Shown here: piece after piece, positions 1 through 11,741 of the stretch | Position numbering within the stretch: the first letter of the stretch is position 1 | How the letters are laid out: every line of letters begins with the position of its first letter | NCBI RefSeq assembly: GCF_964355755.1 | Contig: NC_092680.1 | Span: 22,019,045-22,083,044, forward strand | From: Antedon mediterranea | Taxonomy: Eukaryota > Animalia > Echinodermata | Direction of reading: 5' to 3' | DNA length: 64,000 bases | Translations under genes and position numbers: made by a program | Notes under the pieces: model-generated | Told to the model about the DNA's origin: nothing | Seen by the model: only the letters and a program-made list of their open reading frames with translations | Database searches by the model: none

Positions 1-23
1 GATACCAACTGAATTAAATTAAA

Positions 24-997
24 CTATGACAGTTTGGAATGTATGTAAGCAGTAACATGCAGTAGGCCTACAGTTAGGAGTAGTAGTACAACAATATACA
101 ATTTGTAATGTATGTAAGCAGTAACATGCAGTAGGCCTACAGTTAGGAGTAGTAGTAGAACAATATACAGTTTGGAATGTATGTAAGCAGTAACATGCAG
201 TAGGCCTACAGTTAGGAGTAGTAGTAGAACAATATGCAGTAGGCCTACAGTTAGGAGTAGTAGTAGAACAATATACAGTTTGGAATGTATGTAAGCAGTA
301 ACATGCAGTAGGCCTACAGTTAGGAGTAGTAGTAGAACAATATACAGTTTGGAATGTATGTAAGCAGTAACATGCAGTAGGCCTACAGTTAGGAGTAGTA
401 GTAGAACAATATACAGTTTGGAATGTATGTAAACAGTAACATGCAGTAGGCCTACAGTTAGGAGTAGTAGTAGAACAATATACAGTTTGGAATGTATGTA
501 AACAGTAACATGCAGTAGGCCTACAGTTAGGAGTAGTAGTAGAACAATATACAGTTTGGAATGTATGTAAGCAGTAACATGCAGTAGGCCTACAGTTAGG
601 AGTAGTAGTAGAACAATATGCAGTAGGCCTACAGTTAGGAGTAGTAGTAGAACAATATACAGTTTGGAAGAACAGTAACATGCAGTAGGCCTACAGTTAG
701 GAGTAGTAGTAGAACAATATACAGTTTGGAATGTATGTAAGCAGTAAACATGCAGTAGGCCTACAGTTAGGAGTAGTAGTAAAACAATATACAGTTTGGA
801 ATGTATGTAAACAGTAACATGCAGTAGGCCTACAGTTAGGAGTAGTAGTAGAACAATATACAGTTTGGAATGTATGTAAGCAGTAACATGCAGTAGGCCT
901 ACAGTTAGGAGTAGTAGTAGAACAATATACAGTTTGTAATGTATGTAAGCAGTAACATGCAGTAGGCCTACAGTTAGGAGTAGTAGTAGAACAATAT
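24..997. repeat. Minisatellite, 69-bp unit with some 39-bp truncated units, about 15 copies
   Basis: Unit acagtttggaatgtatgtaagcagtaacatgcagtaggcctacagttaggagtagtagtagaacaatat repeated head to tail. The 69 = 3x23 period explains the spurious 220-aa ORF at 19-681. Confidence 0.97.
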
Positions 998-1329
998 AAT
1001 TCTTTTACAATTCATCCTTCATTCATATTCTGATATCCAGAATCCTCATATCAGTCATACGTTCCTCACTCTCATTTGGAATAAGTTGCATTGTGCAATT
1101 TAAATTCATCTATAGGTTGTTTTAGGAGTAAACTACTTTAGTTCAACACTGTTCAATGTGGATATGTATGAAGTTGGTATATTTCTTGTAGACGTAATAG
1201 TAGATTGTAAACAAGTTGTTCTTTTTTGTCTTGTTTTGAGCTGACCAACTAGCAAAGGTGTTTAGTACCTGTTTGCTCTTTTTGTGTGTATTTGGCCGAA
1301 ATTACAAAAAAAAACTAAATATAAATTAA

Positions 1330-2032
1330 AAAAGGCCATATAGATGGGCAGTCGCGTGCTCATTAATGTTTACCGACCAACCTACCAACTGACCGAAATT
1401 ACTGAACATGTTTAAAAATGTTGAAATGTTTAAAAACAGTTATATTTTTTTAATTTACACGTGCGTAGCCTGTCACTTTTGACGTGCTCGTATAACGTAA
1501 TTTCGAGTTGAAAAGTAAGTCAAGAAAACAGAAATCGGGCAAAAAGAGTGCGCAACAACATTTAACGCGCAGTGCGCGCGCAAAACTCTGCGCACTAATG
1601 GCAATTTTGTAAACGCTTAAAATTGCCTGAAACGTACTCTTATTTCGTCGAAAATAAATTTAGAAAATTTTAAGCGCGCGTACGCATGCGTTACATGCGC
1701 TACGCACGTAATTGTATTGCCATATGATGATTTATACCCTGAAATTTATGAGTACCAAATTTTATTTAATTGTGATTCATGGTTGTGAAGATATGATTAC
1801 AAACGTGATTTCGTTAAATCGTGCGTAGACCGCGTAATTTTTTATTGCGCATCGTAAAAACATAACCACATCGATTCCTGGCCATAAGGAATATACTGTG
1901 AAAAATTGACTTAGCTAGATTAAACTGATATCAAGATAAGGTCAGAAAGCGATAAAACGCATAGTGATACCGGACCGACAGACCGACCGACCGACATAGT
2001 GAACTATAGAGTCGCTTCCACGTGACTAAAAA
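1330..2032 (+). mobile_element. Putative non-autonomous Helentron-associated (DINE-1/HINE-like) element
   Basis: Starts aaaaggccatatagatgggcagtcgcgtg, has a (GACC)n/(CCGA)n microsatellite near 1970-1995, and ends in a hairpin agtcgc-ttcc-acgtgact followed by an A-run. This layout is typical of HINEs; family assignment is inference. Confidence 0.5.
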
Positions 2033-2087
2033 ATGATGATTATGAATTTGTTGATTAACATTATATGTTTATTTTATATGTTCACAG

Positions 2088-2187
2088 TAAAATCAAAGCC
2101 AATCCACTTGTCCGTATTTCACGCTTGAATGATCCAGAGAGGAATCAAAATGCTTTGCCATATGAAGCTGAAGAGGAAGAAAATTAG
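2088..2187 (+). CDS. Probable terminal coding exon of an unidentified upstream gene (KIKANPLVRISRLNDPERNQNALPYEAEEEEN*)
   Basis: Pyrimidine-rich acceptor ttcacag at 2081-2087, open frame to TAG at 2185-2187. A possible preceding exon lies near 1127-1165 (GVNYFSSTLFNVDI). Product not recognised. Confidence 0.45.
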
Positions 2188-2334
2188 ACGTTTAGTACAA
2201 ACAGTTTTGTTATGTGGACAGATTATTTCTACATTGTTTTAAGCATCATTTATATTTTGTTTAGCCTTTTATAACGCTGTTATACTAATCTTTGTGAATG
2301 TTTGTTTTGTTAAGAAATGAATAGAATAGAATTG

Positions 2335-2845
2335 GATGCCTTAGGTTATACATTGTTACAGAGATTACTAATTACCAATCTAAGTCACCCAAATGTGCAT
2401 TCCTTAGGTTATACATTGTTACAGATATTACTAATTACCAATCAAAGTCACCCAAATGTGCATTCCTTAGGTTATACATTGTTACAGAGATTACTAATTA
2501 CCAATCAAAGTCACCCAAATGTGCATTCAGTTAAAATATTGAGTAGAAAGATAATGACAAGATGCTCAATTTGTATTGACAGGTTGCATGTTTAAGTTCA
2601 TACTTTGCATTTAACTCGTTAGAATTGTTTAATTCAAATATATGAGTAGAAAGATAGTGATGAGATGCTCAATTTGTATTGACAGGGTACATTAACTCGT
2701 TAGAATTGTTTAATTCAAATATATGAGTAGAAAGATAGTGATGAGATGCTCAATTTGTATTGACAGGGTACATGTTTAAGTTCATACTTAGCATGTAGCT
2801 CATTGTTTAATTCAAATATTTAGTAGAAAGATATTAACGAGATGT
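2335..2845. repeat. Short tandem duplications: 63-bp unit x3, then a ~75-bp unit x3-4
   Basis: ccttaggttatacattgttacagagattactaattaccaatcaaagtcacccaaatgtgcatt x3 at 2339-2528; gagtagaaagatagtgatgagatgctcaatttgtattgacagg recurring at 2541-2845. Confidence 0.9.
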
Positions 2846-3013
2846 GGAAGAGCAGTAAATATCCGCAGTGATAATGACTGGTGCAATACGAGAGTTCAGT
2901 TTTGTATTAATGGGACATTTAACTTTTTGCCATTTTTATTATTTTCATCAACCAGTATAAATACATTCCGTGTATCGAAATGGTGCTTTAAAGAACCCTG
3001 GACATTTCTTACT

Positions 3014-3978
3014 TAGTCTGGGTTCCAGACGGAGTTTTGTCTTAATATTAGTAAAAAGATAAATATTTTGGCACATATGGCGTTTCATACGTATACTACT
3101 TGATTTTGGATACTCCGTCTGGGGAAACACGCACAAGTCACGTGGTTTGACACCAAGAATTCTTGGTGCATACGATTATCCGGTTGACTAGTTTCAGCTG
3201 CATGCGATTGGCTACTCACTCGTACCCCATTTTAATATTCATATTTCAGAATTTCCAAAGACTCGATCAACAACTAAGATGATGCGCATGCGCTATGTTA
3301 CGTTTAGACAATGTGTACTTCGGTACATTTATGAAAGTTTCAGAAGGCTAGAAATTATTTTATATGCCTAGTAGTCTGGTAAACATTTGATGGGATTTTT
3401 CCCAAGAACATGAAAACTCGTCTTGATATGATAGGCTAGCCTAGCTTCTCCGCAAATCAAACATTGAATGGTCATTTATTACGCGGAGATAATTTTTATT
3501 TAATTCCCACCCAGACCCTGTCCTGTTCTGTGTGGTGGTGTAGCCCTGTTGTGTGCCGGAGGTGGTATGTAGGGCTACATTGGCGTTTTATTTGGCAGGT
3601 CATACGTGCGAGTTGAGTGGGACCTACGAAAGAGGCCTAGGCCAAGGACTAAACAATTAATAAACAAAACAACTTGGCATTACGATTTTATATTTCAACA
3701 GTCTCGATCTTACATTCAGCAGCACTGTACGTACGTCTCGATCTTTTTCATTTTGAAACAAAATGATCATTGGTTGATTCGAAATCCATATTTACATACC
3801 ACCCGCCCCATATAGCCAAATACGGTATGGAAACCTACGTCATTCTTATCGGATGTTTGCGGTCTGCAAATCGATTTCTATACGTGTTTCACAAGTCTTT
3901 ATTTTCAGACAAAAATCGCGGTCGAAATAAAAACAAATAAATAAAAAAAAAAGATAATACAGACTTGGGGCAAGTCTA
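3014..3978. mobile_element. Non-autonomous DNA transposon with TAG...CTA ends and a ~10-bp TSD (AcademH-like)
   Basis: Flanks ATTTCTTACT (3004-3013) and GTTTCTTACT (3979-3988). Termini TAGTCTGGGTTCCAGAC and AGACTTGGGGCAAGTCTA, each self-hairpinned. Confidence 0.55.
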
Positions 3979-4777
3979 GTTTCTTACTGTACTACAACAG
4001 TCAAATTTCAAAAAGTGATTACATTTATACTTTGCATGTTTAGTCTTTTTATAACGTCGTGCTTTTTTACCAAAGATATTGTTTTTATTTAAAAGTCGTT
4101 GACACGTTTATGTATCTTTTGTACTAGTAGTGTATGAACTGTAAGAAAATATTACGACGTCATATATCATTACTAACATTACATATTTAATATCGACGTC
4201 ACTGCAGTTGAGTGTACTGATATTTATTTACAATAAATTGCGTTAAAAGAGATGCGACTTGTTTGTTTTAGTTTTTAAACATGCCAAGTGACAACATACA
4301 TGGTATCCATAATACAAAATCAGTCTTGTAACCGATGGGAAGGATACCATTTAACAATACAAATATTTAAAAAAAACATACAGAGGATTTTTTAATTATC
4401 AAAAAGTGGAAAATACCACATAATAGCAAAAGAAATAAAATAATTTAATTATTTCAAATGTCGATTTTACAAATTGGAAAATACCACGTAATAGCAAAAG
4501 AAATAGAATAATGTAATTATTTCAAATGTCAATTTGTAATACCTTCTATACCTAAAAAATACACTGCAAAGAAGAAGAAATATTACAAAACGTTTCAATT
4601 ATTATATATTATTTGTTTTTATATTAAAAGACGTTTAATAACATAGTACCAACTGTGTAATTTATTATTGTATAATTATATTGCAAAGTACTATAATCAT
4701 ATTCATTTTTTCCAGTCATAACTTTTAATCGTCACTTTTCGCCCGTTTCCTTGATCTTCCAATATACCCTGTAGTGC

Positions 4778-7700
4778 TCAGTTATAGCCAATATCTATGT
4801 TTTTCGGTGCTGATTGGTTCTCTGTTTCTCCTCCCGTTTCTCCGTCTTCATTGATTGTTTCATCTTTGCTTTCTTCATCGGGTTCTTCTTCCTCATCGTT
4901 TTTTATCGAATTGCTTTTCTCGTTTTCTCTGTGATGCGTTTTACTCGTTTCTTGTTCGTCATTTTCTTCATTGTTCTCATCCTGGTCTTTGTTAGATTTG
5001 ACGTCATCATCCTCGTTACTATTGTCGTTGCTTGTCTCCATATCGTCGTCGGCTGCTATTTCATCATTACTACTAGTAGATGGTCTTTCTACTCCATTTG
5101 TTTCACCATCATTTCCATCATCTTTTATATCATCTAATTCGGGATTTATGTTTTCTATTTTGTTCTCTCGATCATTGCTTACTCCAGGTTTATCTACTTC
5201 ACTCTCTTCATTTTTAACTTTGCTGATATCTGCTTGGTTACTTTCGTTCTTTGAAATGGGTTGAAGGTCTGGTAGCGTAACCATCATAGCAACCTGTGAC
5301 GTATCCATGAGGGCTGGTGATGATTCCACAAATGTGTCCGAGTCACTGCTTGACGAGGAACATTTACGGAGTTTCTCATCTGAAAACAAAGTGTATTGTA
5401 ATTTGGGATTTTAGTTCTAATTTAAATTAACCGTTGTGTTATGTTTGTAGATTCAAAACAAAAATTATAATGCTTGATGCTTGTTAAGTTTACTTTATTA
5501 TCAATAACATTATTAATCAAAGTTTTCCATTTCAATACACAAGATGGTTCTTTGCTACGAACCGTTTTTAAAGTAGATTCTTGATTTACCTGGTACTACT
5601 ATGGGGGTTTCATCTGGTTCATTAGTAAAGGTCATCAATAGTTGTTCAGGTGTTTCCTCTGGTTGAACATCTCCTTCAGTCGAAAGTGGTCGAGTCATTT
5701 CCTCCGTTGGCTCAACATCTCTTGCAGGCAAAGGTGGTGGTTCAGGTGATCCATTCGCCGTTTGTTGATCATCTTCTACAGTCGATAGTGGTTGAGTTGT
5801 TTCCTCAGGTTGTTCACCATCCCTGGCAGGCAAAGGTGGTGGTTCAGGCGATTTGACAGCTTGTTGTAGTTTAGACTTGTCCAATTGAGGATCCCATTCC
5901 AGTTCCTAAATTTTAAATTTTTAATAAAACCATACAGAGTTTAATAAGCTTTTTCATTATATTAGTCGGTTTCAAAGATAGGTATTCCGTGTGCAATGAA
6001 AGTTGGCATCTTGTCTAAATATCTTTAGTGGGTCATCCTAACCCAGAAAAACGTTGTTGTCTTTTATGGGCCTTTATAAGATGGCGGCCAAAATATATAG
6101 TATTAGGGGTAAAATAATTATACATATAATTGATTTAGGCCTAATGCTAAATTACCGTATCATACAAATATACATACAACTATTTAATTTAATAGTTAAT
6201 GATGGGATGAGTACGTACATCGTCTCTAAGTGCTAATGAGTCCCTGTTATCAGTTTCATTCGCAATTTCGTCATTGTTATATAACATTTCAGGACTTCCG
6301 CCAGTCCTTCTCAAAACGAGTTCATGTAGTTCAAAGCCGTCTGGAAAAAAACCCAATTGAATGTTAAACAATTGTATATCAATACAAATTGAGTTTAAGG
6401 CATGTTCTTTTGAAAGAATTCGTGTACTACAAAATGTCTGTATAAGCTTACCACTGCAGTGGTGGGTGGTTTCATAAAATGTCTGTAAGCTTACCACTGG
6501 CTTGTTTCATAAGCGGTTGTTCTTCATCTATCTTCTTGGTTTTTTTCTTCTCTTTGTCCATAATCGCTTTGATATCAAGTCCAGTACGAATGTTACAGTA
6601 CAGTAGCAATAGTATTACACCCGACAGGAGCAATGCAACAACTGCAAATTAACATTATCAAATATGTTTCTTTTCAACAAAAAATAATAGAAATTTAATT
6701 ATTATTATCAGTCGGTGCTTATTATTAATTTTGTATTTGTTAATGGCAATTATTTGAATATAAGAAAGAAATACTAGATAGTGTTTTCAATCCTTTTTCT
6801 TTTCTTAAGATTAAAAAAATGTAACTTTAGGCCTACATGCAACTAGACCTGGATTCGATTTCTGTTCGCTTATAGTTGCTTCGGAAACGATTGGCTGAGC
6901 AGGAGGTACATTCCAAGGTGCCAGAGTCTAGGTAGAAAATATAGGTAGTACAATTGGGTTTATCATTTATTGATTATTTAAACCGACTTATTAACCTGTC
7001 ATGTGTTGACCTGTAACTGACCTTTTACATACTGTATCTTTATTTCTTATTATTATTAATTTGTTAAAGCTCACGCTTGCAACGTTTGTCACCAGCATTG
7101 CTAATGTACGCGGTGTTGGAATATGATTGTATAATGTAACATCATTGTGATTCACTTACAATTTCTGGTTGTTTAGTTGTTGCAGGCAATATTGTTGGCA
7201 ATACAACAATAGGAGCTCTAAAGTCTGCACAAGTTTCCCTCCTTAAACTTTCAGACGTGACGTCAATTGCAGATGTACTCGTGTAAAACGTTTTGATTGG
7301 CTGATTGCCGTTATAATTGACACCTACAAAGTATGACGTGTATTCATTCAAGTAATATAATTCTTTTAGTTAGTTGGGGTGGGGAAGGGGTCAAGAGAAA
7401 GATCCAATTGCCTTTTAGTGAAATTATTATTATTGTAATTTCTCTTTGCATCTAAAATGTCCATCAACGCAATTTAATACTCGACGACAATATCTTACCA
7501 GCTAAGCAACCGTCAAATGTATGTAAACCATCTAGTCCAAAACCAGTTAGATTACGTTCAAGTCCGCCGACGACGAACACGGAAGGAAAATCAAATTGAA
7601 AGTCACTAATTCCATCACTTGATAGGTCGTTATAGGTTGACTCTTTATTATCTACCTGAAAGCAAAACGACGTAACCAAGCATTATCGTAATTGATGGCT

Positions 7701-10700
7701 ATTCCACCCTCATTTACATCGACAATTTCCATTTGGCAGTAATTATCAAATAATAATTTCATTTTGAAGATTTCTCAAGTTGATGAGATGATCATGTCAC
7801 GTTTAGTGAAGGTGGAATAACTCAACCGGCAATAATTATAACGTTTGCTTCAATTATTTGATTTGATTATTATGTTGATTGCAATTAAGTGGCACGTTTT
7901 CTTTCTTTTTTAAGCTTTTGTGGTTAATTTCAAATAAATCACCTAATTTAGAAATGAACACAAGTTTATTTACCGTCATCATTAATCGGTTTCCATAGCG
8001 ACGTAACGCAATTAAATGGCGATAGCCATCATTGTACGAACCAACAGCTTCTATTATATCTATAAATTGGAATTACGAGCAATAATGAGAAAGGTTAATC
8101 GATGATATAAATCGAATTTATTTCAGATTAAATTAATAATAATAATAATGATGATGTAATAATAATATTATTACTATTGTATCTCCTAAAAAATTGTAGC
8201 TTTTATCTTAAATTATTTCTCTAAAACGTTTCCATGACAGAACGATCTAATACTTACTTTCTCTGTATCCTAAGTTTATCTTGACCTTAATATGTCCATA
8301 GTCCGTGATGTACACAATGACGTATTCCTGGATAAGTGTGTATCTTGGACTACGTGCATAGGCCAAAACTCCTGACATACTCGTACTAAATGATATTAAT
8401 AAAACATCAGTCTGTAGAGTAGCTAGGTCAGATGATGGAGTTAGTTTTGCTATGATGCCACTTGAATTATGGAAATGGGCTCCGACATCTGTCAAAAGAT
8501 TGACATTAGTTATAGATGTATTGTGCTATTCCTTAGCAATGAAACACGTGTATTATTTTTCCTAACATTATTTGATAATAACGTTTCAAATGTGTTCATA
8601 TTATTAGTTTATTTATTTTTTTTTATTTATTCGACTTCTCACTAACTCAGTTAGTGAAGGATCTGGACCAACAGGTGGTAAACACCTCTAAAATGGTCCA
8701 GTCCCAATTTGCACAGTGGCTGTGTGTGACAGTGGCTGTGTTTGTGTGGACTAGTACACCGGGGTAACTCCCTATGCCTTACTTTTATGTCTACGCTAAA
8801 CGTTTAAGTTTTGTTTACCTTCAGCGCACTGATTTCCTGTATAAGATGTCTGTGTACAGTTACAATAAAAGTGATTCCATGTTTCAATACAAACCCCTCC
8901 ATTAAAGCATGGTATAGGCGAACAGTGGTTCGTACATTTGTCAACAACACCTTTAGAGTAAACAGAGTATTTCACACAAGATAGTAAACAATATGTTGGA
9001 ACTAAACTATAAAATCTGATAAGTGCATAACTAAAATGGAAAAAAAAGATTGATTATAGGAGTGAGAACAAAATAAAATCGGTCTAAATCTAGTCTGTTT
9101 AGCGTTTTATAAAAAAAATATCAGTTATCATTTTCTTTACTGGATAAAGATCTTTATTTAACGGCTATATAATAGATAGCCTTATTATATTAAAGAACTG
9201 CTCACCTTTTATACCACTTCCTTGCAATCTTATTGGTTGTCTGTTTATAACGAGCCCTCGAATACATCCCTTGAAATCAGCAATGTCGTTAGGCATCCCA
9301 CCAATGTGAATGTTGACAAATTCGTACGGTGAAGAAGAAGAAGGTTGGGCTTTTAAAGTAATAATAACAACACAAACATAACACTTATTTCGCCTTGAAA
9401 TATATATAGTATGAGTTCAAATCACATTTAAAATAGGCCTAATGAAAAAGTTCTTTTAAGTACATAATTTTAAACCAAACATTTGTTGTAAGTAAATAGA
9501 CCTGCATACCAATACCCTTCATAAACGGATCGCTATAGAATCGATCAAGAAGTCGTACTGGAGTAGTAGCTTTGGCTTTTTCACTTCCAACAACCAAGCT
9601 GATTTCCCCGTTAATTCTTTCAACTCGAACATCTACCCAATCACCGTTTGTAAATTCTCGCTCTAAAAGATACAAAGATAATCGATCTTTTTAAAAATAC
9701 AGCAACACAAACAGTCACACTATTACAACTTTAACGAGAATATTTATGTTGTAGGCGTAAAGCTCTGTCTACACTATCAGACTATCAAAGTGTGATGTGC
9801 CCAAATATGGTAGTGATATGACATCAGTATGTCCATACATGGGCACATCACATTTTTTTGTCATATAAAGTTTGATGAAAATAATTTATTTTAAGTGAAT
9901 TACCTGTACTTTTGAGCATAATGTTTCTAATAATTCGGTAAACATTCCAGGTAAGTTTTAGGACGCCATCACGAATCTCTAAAGTTACAAAATTACTTAA
10001 ATTGTCTTCTGCGTGAAGAATGAACGCGTTTGAACTTAATGTACGGAAACCCACAACAAAACTTGATGTGAAGATATCGTTGTTTTGTAGATCAGAAGTG
10101 AGATAGGTATTGCCTTCAGGGAAGCTAACAATGTCATCATTGTAATCTGAAAAGTAATCTGTCTAGGTTATTATAACAAAAATACAAACAAAAAGAATAA
10201 TTTCAAATCAATAATTGAATAGACACTGTACAAGAAACTGATTAATAGGGGAACCCTCTTATGTGTAGTTAGAGTTCTTGTGTCTTGGTATACCAATCAC
10301 AGGTTTCATGTTCGGTGGGGAAAGTCATTGTCTAGAGACTTCCCAGTTGCCAATGGTGTTAGACAAGGTGGATGTCTACTTTACTTTTTAATATTTATAT
10401 GGATGATTTAATTGTCAATCTCAGTATGTCTCGCAATGGATGCGAATTACATGGTATAAAACTAAACAACCTTAGTTACGCGGATGATATGGTACTTATT
10501 GCACCATCTGCCTCCGCCTTACAACATCTAATTCATATGTGTGAAAAATACTCATTAACGCATGATATATTGTATAACAAGAAAAAATCTGTATGTATGT
10601 TTTCTGTCCTACAGTCAGGAAATTGTCAAAGCTTCCCACTTTAAACTTATTTGAGTCGGAACTTGACTTTGTTAGAGTTTTTAATTACTTGGGTCACACT

Positions 10701-11710
10701 TTGACACCCGATTTGAAAGATGATACGGATATCAAACGACAGTACAGGTCATTGTGCATTAGAGCTAATACACTATGTAGAACTTTCTCAAAATGCTCTA
10801 AAAACATAAAGTGTTTTTTGTTTAAAACACATTGTAGTAACTTATACTGTGCTTCTTTGTGGGCAAATTGTCATAAAATGTATTCATGAATTTGCTTTTC
10901 CTTCATCCAATCAACATAGTAGATGGATGAAGCTATTGTTCTAACCACGTGACTATGTAGCGTAGGTTTTTTTTTTAATATATCTACAAATATATATATT
11001 AATTGTCTAACCAAAAACGTCATTTATCTCATATACTGTAATATTTGTGGCAAACAGTACGTCGGAGAAACAAAAAACACTCTCCGTATGAGAATGACAC
11101 AACATAGATCAGCTATCAAAACATTAAAGCTTGATCAACCTGTAGCCGAACATTTTAATTCAGCTGGTCACTCGATTGCAAATTTCTGAGTTATTGCAAT
11201 AGACCACGATGTCAAATGGAGCGACAAAACTCGCAAAGACAAAGAAAACCACTGGGAATTACTAATTAAAACCACAAAACCTTTTGGACTTAACATTAGG
11301 ATACTCCCAGATCGGTAAAATTATTCCATTGACTACCAAAATTTAAGTTTCAATATTAACCACCATTTAAGCTGTTTTTTAGTCTCATTCCAAAATTGTT
11401 TATATCTCTACCAAGCTACCTTCTTTGTTTTCCACTCTTATTCAGACTCCACCCTGGCTCCCTTTGTTATATTTCTTTTATTCCTGTCCACCCAGGCAGC
11501 ACTTGCCAGCTTTATACTATGACGTTATCCAAAATTCCTTCACTTGCACTGATGAAGGGCTAGTGTTGCTCGAAAGCTCTGCTAACTTTTCTGGCTGTTT
11601 ACTTTATCGTTTTGATTTAGCTTTTCGCTTTTTATTTTTGTATCTCCATTGAGATCCAGCCACTGATACCCACAGCATTGTCATTTTTTTCAGTAATTTG
11701 CCTTTGGATT

Positions 11711-11741
<31 letters not shown>

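Noticed and set aside
19-681. 220-aa Cys/Thr-rich ORF
   Set aside because: It is a translation of the 69-bp minisatellite, whose unit is a multiple of 3; no splice or domain support.
4814-5264. Hydrophobic and Ser-rich plus-strand ORFs
   Set aside because: Antisense shadows of the acidic terminal exon on the minus strand.
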